NCBI GenBank assembly: GCA_963836235.1
Contig: CAWIIP010000002.1
Coordinates: forward strand, 1,120,001 to 1,184,000
Direction of reading: 5' to 3'
Length of the DNA: 64,000 nucleotides
DNA from: an uncultured Pseudomonadota bacterium
GTDB lineage: Bacteria; Oederibacteriota; Muellerivitia; Muellerivitales; Muellerivitaceae
Position numbers and translations under genes: made by a program. Shown here one piece after another: positions 10,725 to 20,097 of this stretch (position 1 is its first letter; every line of letters begins with the position of its first letter). Below the pieces are notes generated by a model. It worked only from the letters and a program-made list of their open reading frames with translations, ran no database searches and was not told the DNA's origin.

Positions 10725-11609
10725 ATGCCGGGTGAAGGTCATCCGCTTTCTGAAGTTTTTGGCCACCTAACAACAGACAATACCAAAAGAGCTGTCCGTT
10801 ATAGATCCCTTCGACTCTGCCCCTTCAATAATAAGGTTCCTAATTGCACGAAAGACAAAGCCAAAAACCCTCTTGGCGTTTGTTCAATTTATTATGAGAA
10901 AAAACCGGTTATCACATGCCCCATACGTTTCAGAGAGGAATGGATAATAGCTGATGATGCCGCTAGTTTCTTTTTTGATGAAAATGCAAAGTGGAGTTCT
11001 TTAACCGAAGTTCGCTTAAATGACGCAAATAATAAAGCCGCAGGAAATATTGACGTCATCTTAGTGGCCTATGATAAGAATGGAAAAGTTGTCGATTTTG
11101 GAGCCTTGGAAGTCCAAGCGGTTTATATATCTGGTAACGTTCGTGATCCATTTGAATACTATATGAAAAACCCTAAGGGCCGCGGTTCGATGGATTGGTC
11201 TAACGAGCCAAATTATCCAAGACCAGACTACCTTTCTTCCTCAAGAAAAAGGTTAGCGCCTCAACTACTTTTCAAAGGCGGAATCCTACATAGCTGGAAC
11301 AAAAAAATGGCCGTTGCTTTGAATAAAGGTTTTTTTGAAACACTACCAAATATGAAACGAGTTTCTAAATCCAAGGCTGACATTGCTTGGCTTATCTATG
11401 ACTTGGTACCGGTCGAAGAAAATGGACAAGATAGATTTGTCCTTAAAAAAGTTGATGAAGTTTTCACGGAATTCGAACTGGCTTTAATTTCAATAACTAC
11501 AGCAACTCCTGGAAAGGTTGAAGATTTTATAAACCTTCTTCAAGAAAAACTTGATGAGCAGTTGGAAACACCGCCCACAAACAGAACAATAGAAAGACCG
11601 TTTAAATGA
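10725..11609 (+). CDS. NotI-like restriction endonuclease
   Basis: Four-Cys metal motif (CPF..NCTK..GVCS..TCPIRF), 'GNIDV', 'ALEVQAVYISG', 'RPDYLSSSRKRLAPQL'. Confidence 0.8.
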   Translation: MPGEGHPLSEVFGHLTTDNTKRAVRYRSLRLCPFNNKVPNCTKDKAKNPLGVCSIYYEKKPVITCPIRFREEWIIADDAASFFFDENAKWSSLTEVRLNDANNKAAGNIDVILVAYDKNGKVVDFGALEVQAVYISGNVRDPFEYYMKNPKGRGSMDWSNEPNYPRPDYLSSSRKRLAPQLLFKGGILHSWNKKMAVALNKGFFETLPNMKRVSKSKADIAWLIYDLVPVEENGQDRFVLKKVDEVFTEFELALISITTATPGKVEDFINLLQEKLDEQLETPPTNRTIERPFK

Positions 11610-12592
11610 CTTTACATAGCCAAACCTTGTTGTTTCCTGATTTGGAAACCAAAAACGAATACTTAAGGCCTGTCAATGTTTCATCGGTTCCTCAACGTAG
11701 CCCTTTTCGTTATCCAGGTGGAAAAACATGGTTTGTGCCCACATTTAGACAATGGATAGATTATTTAAATCCTAAACCAAAGTTGCTTATCGAACCATTT
11801 GCCGGGGGTGGAATAATAAGTTTAACTGCGGCGTTTGAAAATCTCGCTCCCAAGATATTAATGGTTGAATTGGACGATGAAATAGCAGCAGTTTGGGAAA
11901 CAGTTGTAAATGGAGGGTGCGATTGGCTCGCAAACAAAATTCTCAAATTTGATCTTACAGAAGAAACCGTCAAAAAAGAGTTAAAGAGAAAACTTCACTC
12001 ACAAAGGGAAAAAGCATTCCAAACGATTCTTAAAAATCGCACTTACCACGGAGGTATTTTAGCAAATGGTTCCGGCTTATTAAAATATGGTGAGAATGGA
12101 AAAGGAATTAAGTCTCGTTGGTATCCTATGACTCTTGCCAAAAGATTCTTTAATATGGACCAAGTTGTAATAAAAATAAAATTTCAACGAGAAGACGGTT
12201 TAAAAGTTATTCAAGAACATATAAACGATTCAAAGGCTATTTTCTTCATAGACCCCCCTTATACCGCCGGCGGGAAAAAAGCCGGTAAAAGGTTATATAA
12301 TTTTTGCGAGTTAGATCATGAACGTCTATTCGAACTGTGTTCTTCAATGAAAGGTGAATTTTTAATGACTTACGATAATGCTGACGAAGTTAAAGCAATG
12401 GCACGACAGTATGGTTTTCAAATGAGGTTGGTGCCTATGAAAAACACCCATCACGCTACAATGGAGGAATTAGTTGTCGGAAAAGATCTAACTTGGATGG
12501 ACAGATTTACTGGTGCCCACGAACCACAGGCCCCATACCTCATCAAAAACAGATCAAAAATTAGACATTCAAAAACAAAAAAAATCAGCTAA
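11606..12592 (+). CDS. DNA adenine methyltransferase (Dam/D12 class)
   Basis: 'SPFRYPGGK', 'EPFAGGG', 'FIDPPY'; 4-bp overlap with the endonuclease. Confidence 0.9.
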   Translation: MTLHSQTLLFPDLETKNEYLRPVNVSSVPQRSPFRYPGGKTWFVPTFRQWIDYLNPKPKLLIEPFAGGGIISLTAAFENLAPKILMVELDDEIAAVWETVVNGGCDWLANKILKFDLTEETVKKELKRKLHSQREKAFQTILKNRTYHGGILANGSGLLKYGENGKGIKSRWYPMTLAKRFFNMDQVVIKIKFQREDGLKVIQEHINDSKAIFFIDPPYTAGGKKAGKRLYNFCELDHERLFELCSSMKGEFLMTYDNADEVKAMARQYGFQMRLVPMKNTHHATMEELVVGKDLTWMDRFTGAHEPQAPYLIKNRSKIRHSKTKKIS

Positions 12593-12632
12593 CATTCCTT
12601 TTCTTGATAATCCATATAAAACAATAAACTGT

Positions 12633-12836
12633 TTAGACGCGATTTTTCCGCATTGAGTCAAAATCACCCTCCCACCTCAACTTTCCTTTTGATTTCAACA
12701 AAGCTTTTACCACATTGCCCTGATGGACCAACCGTTTTAACGCAATTTGAACAACCTGGCGCTTGGATTTCGCCCCAGTTATGAGGATGGCCTTTCGAAG
12801 TAAATCATCATCCAAGACAATGTTCGTGCGCGACAT
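12633..12836 (-). CDS. vapB: VapB family antitoxin, orphan
   Basis: 'MSRTNIVLDDDLL...SKRQVV..AL...WEGDFDSMR'; no PIN gene downstream. Confidence 0.8.
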   Translation of the reverse strand: MSRTNIVLDDDLLRKAILITGAKSKRQVVQIALKRLVHQGNVVKALLKSKGKLRWEGDFDSMRKNRV

Positions 12837-12948
12837 GGGCACTCCTTTTGATACACCATTTATCACGAAAAGGCATATTGAACCAGGGCCCCTATTTCCA
12901 TTCAGGCCGGCTTATCCCAGACCCTCGGGGTTGGGTTACCGATGGTAC

Positions 12949-13018
12949 CACTACGACACATCCACCGGGGCCACTACGACATAATCACTACGACACATCC
13001 TGTCGAGTGACTACGACA
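12949..13018. repeat. Four direct copies of ACTACGACA
   Basis: Copies start at 12950, 12973, 12987, 13010. Confidence 0.85.
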
Positions 13019-13084
13019 CTCCTGGAGGCTGAAGACCCTAAGGGGCTATTCTTCCAATTTTGTTCGCAGTGTGAACAGGCGAGG

Positions 13085-14818
13085 TCAGGATTGGGTCAAA
13101 GATGTGGCGGGTTTGGCCTTGGGAAGGGCCAACTGGGCCGCCCGGGCCTTCAGCCCCACGGTGGTCACCAGGATAATCTCGACCACCACGAAGGTAATCA
13201 CGAAGGGCAGGCCCCCCTTGGAAAAGCCGTAGCTGTGGAGCCCTACCCCCAGGATGAAGTTGACCCCGTACCAGGCCATCAGGACGCCCAGGAAGGCGCA
13301 AACCACCCCGATAGTGAAGCCCACTTCCCTTAGCCACCCGGCCAGGCGCCCGTGAAGGATGGCCACATAGCCCAAAAGGGCGATCAGGGCCCAGGTTTCC
13401 TTGGGGTCCCAGCCCCAAAAGCGGCCCCAGGAATAGTTGGCCCAAACCCCACCCAAAATGGTTCCGGCGGCCAAAAGCACCACCCCCACCTGGACGACCC
13501 TATAGAGAAGGCGGGTCTGCCCCTGCAGGCGGGCCTTATCCCCTGGGTGTTTCCAAAGGCTCCAAAGGCACACGTGGCCGATGCCCAGCGACAGTAGGAA
13601 GGCCGCGTAGCTGAGGGTAATGGTGAGCACATGGATGGTCAGCCAGAAGTTGCTTCGAAGTACCGGCTCGATGGGCTGGATGGAAGGATCCAAGACAGTC
13701 GGCACATTGTCCGCCAAAATAAAACCCACCACCGCCAAAACGGCCCCCGCCAGGGCGAAGAAGCGGGTCTTGAAGATCCACTCGAAAACAAGGGCGAAAA
13801 CCGTCATGCCGAAGGTCACCCAGATGAGGGATTCGTACATGTTGGAAACCGGCGGGCGGCCCGCGATCAGGCAGCGCAGGACAAAGCCGTAAAGGCTCAT
13901 ACCGATGCCCATTTCAAAGGCAATAAACCCGGGGACGAAAAGCATCTGGGCCGCCTTGCCGTTCTTGGAAAGCAGGGAGGCCCCCATAAGGATGGCCGCC
14001 AAGAGATGGATGATCCAGGCCCAACGGAAGGGCTTGAGGGCGTTGAAGAGAACCTCAAGGGACATTTTACCGCGGTCCACGTAATCCCTGCCCCCGATTT
14101 GCGTCAGGATTTGGGAAAGACTTAGGGATTCACTAAGGAACTTGTCCGTTTCCTTCTTGTCGTAACTGCTCAGGACCCCGGCGAAACCCTCCAGCACCGC
14201 CATGGCGGCGGCCGGGATGTGCGATTGATTGGTGGCGTAAGCCCGGTTCAAGTCGCCGAAGGTTCCCCATTTTTGGGTCTTGTCGTCCATCACGGGAATC
14301 ATGGCCAGTGCGTCGCCCGACTTGATGTCCTCGAAGCGCTGAAGCCGCCCGAAGACCGCCAAGGCTTCCTTTTCCTTCGGGTCCAGCGTCATTTTTTTCT
14401 GCTGTTTGGCATAGCTGGTCTTGGCGTAGGAGATGAAGCCCTCGTGGTTCACCAGGAACTGGGGTGAAAGCATCCGCTGGTCGGCCGGCACGCCGATAAG
14501 CGAACGGAATTCCAGGTTATCGGCCAGGATGAACTGCTTGTCTTCCCAGGCCTGGGGATGGGTGGCCCAATCCAGCACTGTCTGGATGGAATTTTGCCCC
14601 TCGTAATGCTCATGCCCCGTCACCAGCCTCACGCTTTCCCGGGCGAAAGTGTCGAAAGGCTTGATGCGGCCCCCGTCCTGGATGGGAATGAGGGACAAAA
14701 CCTTGAAATCAAACCCGTCGGCGAAAACCGGAGAGATCATTCCCGCCGCAAAGGCGCAGAGGCATAGAAAAAACCATTTAAAATTCAACCTGAGGAACTC
14801 AAAATTTATTTTAAGCAT
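13085..14818 (-). CDS. ccsA: Cytochrome c biogenesis protein CcsA (system II) with periplasmic N-domain
   Basis: WWD domain 'WANYSWGRFWGWDPKETW', 'WLTIHV', 'GLHSYG'. Confidence 0.92.
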   Translation of the reverse strand: MLKINFEFLRLNFKWFFLCLCAFAAGMISPVFADGFDFKVLSLIPIQDGGRIKPFDTFARESVRLVTGHEHYEGQNSIQTVLDWATHPQAWEDKQFILADNLEFRSLIGVPADQRMLSPQFLVNHEGFISYAKTSYAKQQKKMTLDPKEKEALAVFGRLQRFEDIKSGDALAMIPVMDDKTQKWGTFGDLNRAYATNQSHIPAAAMAVLEGFAGVLSSYDKKETDKFLSESLSLSQILTQIGGRDYVDRGKMSLEVLFNALKPFRWAWIIHLLAAILMGASLLSKNGKAAQMLFVPGFIAFEMGIGMSLYGFVLRCLIAGRPPVSNMYESLIWVTFGMTVFALVFEWIFKTRFFALAGAVLAVVGFILADNVPTVLDPSIQPIEPVLRSNFWLTIHVLTITLSYAAFLLSLGIGHVCLWSLWKHPGDKARLQGQTRLLYRVVQVGVVLLAAGTILGGVWANYSWGRFWGWDPKETWALIALLGYVAILHGRLAGWLREVGFTIGVVCAFLGVLMAWYGVNFILGVGLHSYGFSKGGLPFVITFVVVEIILVTTVGLKARAAQLALPKAKPATSLTQS

Positions 14819-16232
14819 TCGCTTCCTTCTTCCAAGCCGGATTTTTAAACCAAAACATGAAAATTAACCCCAGGACCAGCACGATGGCCCCGCCGTATTT
14901 CAAGTAAATGCCCGGGTCCTTCCCCACGGAAAAGACCGAGGTATAGGTGCCGTCCGGTTCCGCCTCGTAACTGGCCTGGTACACGGTGTAGCCCAGGTAA
15001 TGGAGGGGTTCGTTCATGCTGATGGTGACGGGGACCTGGGTTCCCTTGTCCTGGTCGATGTAATAGACGTTGCTGGCGTAGGAAGCGGGCTTATCGGTGC
15101 CGGGGTCGAACCCTACCTTGAACTTAACCAGTTGGAGCTTAAAAGGCAACTCCAGCCGCTTGGGCCCATAGGAGATGGAAAAGGTTTGGCCGTCGGCCAA
15201 AGTGAAGGAAACCGGTGCGCTTTGGTACCCCAGCCAGCCGTCTTTCTTGTCCGGCTGGCGCAAGACCTCGTAATGCAGGGCCGGTTCGGGGTCTTTTTGG
15301 TAGGGCAGGGGCTGGGGCTCGTAAACTTCCTCCGGAACCGCGTCGGGGAGGCGCTCCTCCACCTTGAACTGCATATCCATCCAGCCCGTCGAGTAGTCCT
15401 GGCCTACTTGCAGGTCCTGGACCGGCTGAAATTCCCCATGGTACCGGGTTTGATATTTCAGGCCGCCCTGGGGGGTAACCAGGATCGCCAGGGCGTTGGT
15501 GCTCATGTCCTTGGACCCATGGGCCAGGAGCTTTTTCCAATTCTCCTCTTTTTCGTAAAAAACTGAGGCAGGACCCAAGTCCAAATGATCGAAATCCGGG
15601 TTTCCCATGAAAAGCCATTGGTTCTCGTTCACAAAGGAGCTGTTCAGGATTAAATGGATGGAAGGATAGCCCTTTTCGCCCTGTTCCACCTCCCGGCCCC
15701 GGACAATCTTTTCGGCGTTGAGATAGAACTGGTCCACCATCAAAAGCCCCCCCTCGGGCATATTGACGAGCAGGGGATGGTCGGCGTTGGGAACCCGGAA
15801 GTTAAAGGAAGCCGGTATCTTTTCGATGACCCCGTCGCCGAACTGGTAATAAAGGTTGGGCTTGTCTTCCTGGAAAACGTGGCCTTCTTCCCCTTCTTTC
15901 AGGGCGATTTGGCCGTCCACCCCCATTTGCTGGGTGACCAGCGAACCCGCCAGGACGCAGATGATCCCTAAGTGGGTGACCACGAAGCCGATTTGGTATT
16001 TCTTCCAGGGAAAGCGGGAAAAGGCTGAACAAAAGAGGTTGACGGCCAAGAGCACCAGGAACCCCCCGAACCACCAGGTGCCATAGACGAACCTTTTGGC
16101 GATGGGCGTGGAAAAGCGTGACTCCACGATGGTGCCGGTGGCCAGGAGCGCCGCCAGGATGAGGATCATGGGCAGGGCCAGCTGGACGGAGCCCAGGAAT
16201 TTGAGCGTTCGGTTTTCCCTAAAAGGATTCAA
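14811..16232 (-). CDS. resB: Cytochrome c biogenesis protein ResB/CcsB
   Basis: N-terminal TM helices with 'THLG', 'ISMNEPL', 'YQASY', 'KDPG'; overlaps ccsA. Confidence 0.85.
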   Translation of the reverse strand: MNPFRENRTLKFLGSVQLALPMILILAALLATGTIVESRFSTPIAKRFVYGTWWFGGFLVLLAVNLFCSAFSRFPWKKYQIGFVVTHLGIICVLAGSLVTQQMGVDGQIALKEGEEGHVFQEDKPNLYYQFGDGVIEKIPASFNFRVPNADHPLLVNMPEGGLLMVDQFYLNAEKIVRGREVEQGEKGYPSIHLILNSSFVNENQWLFMGNPDFDHLDLGPASVFYEKEENWKKLLAHGSKDMSTNALAILVTPQGGLKYQTRYHGEFQPVQDLQVGQDYSTGWMDMQFKVEERLPDAVPEEVYEPQPLPYQKDPEPALHYEVLRQPDKKDGWLGYQSAPVSFTLADGQTFSISYGPKRLELPFKLQLVKFKVGFDPGTDKPASYASNVYYIDQDKGTQVPVTISMNEPLHYLGYTVYQASYEAEPDGTYTSVFSVGKDPGIYLKYGGAIVLVLGLIFMFWFKNPAWKKEANA

Positions 16233-16310
16233 TGCCGTCTCCCTTGGTTTAAAGCGGGGAGTATCTTAAGCGGGGTAGGGGGTCAACACAAGTGACGCCG
16301 GTCATAAAAC

Positions 16311-16347
16311 AAAAAACCCCGCCCCGGAGGACCGGAGAGGGGGTTTT
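16311..16347 (-). terminator. Intrinsic terminator
   Basis: aaaacccc...ggggtttt hairpin with U-run on the minus strand after the 16364 gene. Confidence 0.6.
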
Positions 16348-16363
16348 GATGAACTAAAGTGGA

Positions 16364-17347
16364 TTAAATATTAATGTTCAACCCGACTTCGATGGGAATG
16401 TACCCGGCGGTTCCGCCCTGGCCAATGATCAAAGTATATTTAGCTTCCCCGAAAATATTCATGTCGGGGCCCATGGGAAGCTCGACACCTCCGCCCACTT
16501 GAATCGTCGGATAAATGCTGGAACCGCCGGGGGTGGAATAAGAGGTGTTAGGAAGCAAAGCTTCGTAATAAGGCGTATTGTAAGGTGGATCGAGAGTGTA
16601 GGTAGTCGAACCTGAACTGGACACCCCAAACATCGAAAGGCCCGCCCCGCCTAAAAGATAGGGTTTCATCCCGTTTCCCTCAAAGCGATATTTGCCGGAG
16701 GCCAAAATTTCAATGTTGGTCCAATTACCGTTGGAGACTTGAGTGCTTGAATAATAACTAGGAATTCCACCCTGTGTGGTGATGGTATTACTAAAGGTGT
16801 AAAAACCCACCGAACCTCCGATGAATAAACCATTTCCCGCAGGGAAATACCCCGCCACTCCTCCGCCAAACCCGAGGCCATACCCGCCCGAGGAAGATAA
16901 GGCGATCCCCGCCATAGGGTCCAACTCAAAACTCTTCGCTGAAGCGGCGCCTGTGGGCTTCATCGCCGCGGAAGGGGAAGTGGCTGTGTTAGAAGCCGTC
17001 GCCGCCGCGGGAGCGGGGGTTCCGGCCTGGGCCTGAAGGCTTTGCACGAAACTCGCCAGTTGGGGATTGTTAGGATTGATGGACAAGGCTTTTTGGTAGT
17101 TCACCAGGGCATTGGCGCTGTCGCCCTTGCCGTAATAACAATTCCCCATTCCCTGGTAAGACTGCCAGGAATTGGGATTGGTTTGAACCGCCCCTTGGTA
17201 ATAGCGGATGGCCAAATCGTAATTCTTTTGGGCGTAATAAGTATTGCCCGCGGCGTAATATTGCGCGGACATATCCTGCGCCCAGGAAGCCGAGGCCAAC
17301 CCGGTTAAAGTCATGAACATCACCACCACGAATCTCAATTGTTTCAT
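16364..17347 (-). CDS. TPR + Ala/Thr/Pro linker + small outer-membrane beta-barrel protein
   Basis: Signal peptide, TPR repeats, 'KYRF...PYLLGGAG', 'IFGEAKY', terminal strand 'VGLNINI'. Confidence 0.75.
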   Translation of the reverse strand: MKQLRFVVVMFMTLTGLASASWAQDMSAQYYAAGNTYYAQKNYDLAIRYYQGAVQTNPNSWQSYQGMGNCYYGKGDSANALVNYQKALSINPNNPQLASFVQSLQAQAGTPAPAAATASNTATSPSAAMKPTGAASAKSFELDPMAGIALSSSGGYGLGFGGGVAGYFPAGNGLFIGGSVGFYTFSNTITTQGGIPSYYSSTQVSNGNWTNIEILASGKYRFEGNGMKPYLLGGAGLSMFGVSSSGSTTYTLDPPYNTPYYEALLPNTSYSTPGGSSIYPTIQVGGGVELPMGPDMNIFGEAKYTLIIGQGGTAGYIPIEVGLNINI

Positions 17348-17498
17348 GTTGTTCACCTTTTCAAGTTTTAAATATGGAACGGCTCAACTTTTACTTTGGA
17401 AAAACCGGAGGCAACCGAAGATTCAAAATAAATTCAGAAGATCCAAATAGAACGGCGGACTCATGTCGGCAAACGATGGCCCGTGAGACAAGCGGGGG

Positions 17499-17513
17499 TA
17501 ATTATATCAACAA
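17499..17513 (-). promoter_or_regulatory. Extended -10 motif TTGTTGATATAATT, copy 1
   Basis: Identical 14-mer also at 18796-18809 and 19297-19310. Confidence 0.7.
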
Positions 17514-17584
17514 ATTAGGGCAATCAATGTTAATTCAGGGGCTTTTGGGGAATGGGATGGCCGGAAAAGAGCCGTTTAAAAATA

Positions 17585-17617
17585 AAAAACCCCGCCCTCC
17601 CAAAGGAAAGCGGGGTT
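17585..17617 (-). terminator. Intrinsic terminator
   Basis: aaccccgc...gcggggtt hairpin with A-run on the + strand. Confidence 0.65.
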
Positions 17618-17637
17618 GGTGATTAAAACAAACCGGC

Positions 17638-18696
17638 TTACAGGGACAAATTCACGCCCAATTGGACGGGAATCGAAAGGATCGGGCTATCCGAGGTGGC
17701 GCTATTGGGGCCATGGATCAGTTCGCCGGTCAGCCCCGAGGTAGGAGCGAAATCCAGGGCCACTTTTCCCTGGACGAAGAGGTTGAAGTCCTTGGCGACG
17801 TTGAAGGCCACGCCGAGTCCCGGGTCCAGCTCGAAATTAATCCAGCTCTCGTCGTTGGAAAAGGGGTTGTCAAGAGAATAGTCGAAAGCCACGCCCGCGC
17901 CCAAAAGCACGAAGGGGGTTACCACGCTGCCGGTGTTGATATTGTATTGGCCGACCAATTCCACGGGAACGTGGTTGAGGCCGCCGACACCGCCCCAAAC
18001 CTTGTTCGAAGCGGGAGTGGACCATTCATCAACGCCACATTCTAAGCCCAAGGTGAAGTCCTTGGAAAAGGCGTAACCGATCAAGCCTTCAATGGCGGGT
18101 CCGGCGCTGGTATTGTCCGCCAAACCGCTGCTGGCGGGAATCGTCAGCCCGCCCTGAATCTGAATCACTATTTTGCCATTATCCGAACCGGAGGGCATAG
18201 GGCTGGAAGGTTTGCTGCTGGCGGCCGCGACGGGAGTAGAAGCCACAGTGGCCGCGGTGGGAACCGGAGTGGCCACCATGGTGACAGTGGATGTGGAAGC
18301 GGTGGCAACGGTTGGAGTTGAGGCCGTAGTGGCCGGGACCGACGAAACGACGGCGGCGGCGGTAGAAGTAGCCGCCTTCGCCTGCATGCTTTGGGCCAAA
18401 CTCGCCAAGTGAGGGTTATTAGGATTGAGGGCCAGGGATTTTTGATAATTCATCAAGGCGGTGGCGCTGTCGCCCTTCACGTAATAACAATTCCCCAAGC
18501 CTTGGTAAGCCTGCCAGGAATTGGGGTTGGCTTGCAAAACAGCCTGGTAATCGATGATGGCTTGGTCATAATTTTTCGCGCCATAGGCCATATTAGCCGC
18601 CGATAAAGTTTGTCCTGAGGCGTCTTGGGCCCGTGCGGACCCGGCCAGACCGGCCAAAAGGATCAATGCCGCGATCACGAATCTCAATAGTTTCAT
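17638..18696 (-). CDS. TPR + Ala/Thr linker + outer-membrane beta-barrel protein (paralogue of 16364..17347)
   Basis: Near-identical N-terminus/TPR ('NPNSWQAYQGLGNCYY'), 'TPFVLLGAG', terminal 'LGVNLSL'. Confidence 0.75.
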   Translation of the reverse strand: MKLLRFVIAALILLAGLAGSARAQDASGQTLSAANMAYGAKNYDQAIIDYQAVLQANPNSWQAYQGLGNCYYVKGDSATALMNYQKSLALNPNNPHLASLAQSMQAKAATSTAAAVVSSVPATTASTPTVATASTSTVTMVATPVPTAATVASTPVAAASSKPSSPMPSGSDNGKIVIQIQGGLTIPASSGLADNTSAGPAIEGLIGYAFSKDFTLGLECGVDEWSTPASNKVWGGVGGLNHVPVELVGQYNINTGSVVTPFVLLGAGVAFDYSLDNPFSNDESWINFELDPGLGVAFNVAKDFNLFVQGKVALDFAPTSGLTGELIHGPNSATSDSPILSIPVQLGVNLSL

Positions 18697-18794
18697 TTTG
18701 CTCACCTTTTTCAGTTTAATGTGTGGAACAACCAATCTTATTCTTTGGAAAAGCGGCGACAACCGGAAATTCCAAAGGGTTCGACGAAGAGCGG

Positions 18795-18809
18795 TAATTA
18801 TATCAACAA
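18795..18809 (-). promoter_or_regulatory. Extended -10 motif, copy 2
   Basis: taattatatcaacaa on the + strand. Confidence 0.7.
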
Positions 18810-18841
18810 TTATTGGCCGAAGAAGAAGAATGAGGGGCCTT

Positions 18842-19276
18842 TTAGGGCCTTGAAATGGGCGTTATGGGGCCTGGGGGAGGAAGTGGGGCCAAAGCCGGAA
18901 GGGGCAGGGGCGCCCATCGGGGGACCGGAGTCGGGGTCGGAACCGGATTGAGTTTACTCCGCAGGTACATAACGAACCGCGTCAATTCGCTGTTATCCGG
19001 ATTTATTTTGTAAGCCTTTTCATAATATTTTAGGGCGTCCTTATATTTCTTTTGGTAGAAGGCGCAATTGCCAAGCCCCACGTAAGCCTGCCAGCAGTCG
19101 TCCTTGTCATCAATGGCGGATTGGTAATAGTCGACGGCCAGGTCGTATTTCTGGCTGTTATAGGCCTGGTTTCCCATTTCCATGAACTGGGGATAATGGT
19201 CATTTTGGGCATAGGCCATTTCACTGAGGCCCACCCACAAAAAGAAAAAAGAGCCAATCCATAATTTAAATTTCAT
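18842..19276 (-). CDS. Exported TPR protein with Pro-rich tail
   Basis: Signal peptide; 'WQAYVGLGNC' TPR related to neighbours. Confidence 0.8.
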   Translation of the reverse strand: MKFKLWIGSFFFLWVGLSEMAYAQNDHYPQFMEMGNQAYNSQKYDLAVDYYQSAIDDKDDCWQAYVGLGNCAFYQKKYKDALKYYEKAYKINPDNSELTRFVMYLRSKLNPVPTPTPVPRWAPLPLPALAPLPPPGPITPISRP

Positions 19277-19296
19277 ACCCGTCCCTTTGATGGGTG

Positions 19297-19310
19297 AATT
19301 ATATCAACAA
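19297..19310 (-). promoter_or_regulatory. Extended -10 motif, copy 3
   Basis: aattatatcaacaa on the + strand. Confidence 0.7.
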
Positions 19311-19371
19311 ATCAGAAGAAGTGGATTGAACGGCTCCACCTGAGACAAAACCCATTACCTAAAAAGGAAGG

Positions 19372-20097
19372 CTAGGAAATAGCTTCCCCTAAATAAGCCT
19401 GTTTGACTCTTGGGTTTTGGAGAATTTGACTCGCCTCTCCCTCCAAAAGGATCTCCCCCGTTTCAAGCACATAAGCGGCGCGGGAAGCTTCCAACGCCAG
19501 TTGGGCGTTCTGTTCCACCAATAATATGGTCGTCCCTTCCCGGTTGATTTTCGCGATGGTCTCAAAAATAAGTTCAATGACTTGGGGGGCCAAACCCAAG
19601 GAAGGTTCGTCCAGGAGCAATAATTGGGGCCGGGCCATGAGCGCACGCCCAATGGCCAGCATTTGCTGTTCCCCACCGGACAAAGTTCCCGCCATTTGCT
19701 TGGAACGTTCCTTTAACCGGGGGAAAAGATCATAGGCCTTTTCCAAGTCCTTTAGGATTTCCGCCCGGTCATGGCGCGAATAGGCGCCCAAATCCAAATT
19801 TTCCTCCACCGTCAAGTTGGGAAATACCCCCCGTCCCTCGGGGCATTGGACAATCCCCATCCGCACCAGTTCGTGGGGAGCCAAAGCGGTGATGTTTTGG
19901 CCATTGAAAAGAATTTCGCCGCTGGAAGGGCGCTTCATTCCGGAAATGGCCCGAAGAACCGTGGACTTCCCGGCCCCGTTAGCCCCGATGAGGCAGACGA
20001 TCGAACCAGCAAGAACATTCAAGCTGACTCCCCTTAGAGCCTGAATGGAGTCGTAAAAAACCGAAAGATTTTTGATTTCCAAAAGGGGTTGGGTCAT
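19372..20097 (-). CDS. livF: Branched-chain amino acid ABC transporter ATPase
   Basis: 'GANGAGKS', 'LSGGEQQMLA', 'LDEPSLGLAP', 'LVEQN'. Confidence 0.92.
   Translation of the reverse strand: MTQPLLEIKNLSVFYDSIQALRGVSLNVLAGSIVCLIGANGAGKSTVLRAISGMKRPSSGEILFNGQNITALAPHELVRMGIVQCPEGRGVFPNLTVEENLDLGAYSRHDRAEILKDLEKAYDLFPRLKERSKQMAGTLSGGEQQMLAIGRALMARPQLLLLDEPSLGLAPQVIELIFETIAKINREGTTILLVEQNAQLALEASRAAYVLETGEILLEGEASQILQNPRVKQAYLGEAIS

Noticed and set aside
12949-13018. Mini CRISPR array
   Set aside because: Repeat only 9-15 bp with 5-14 nt gaps; no cas genes
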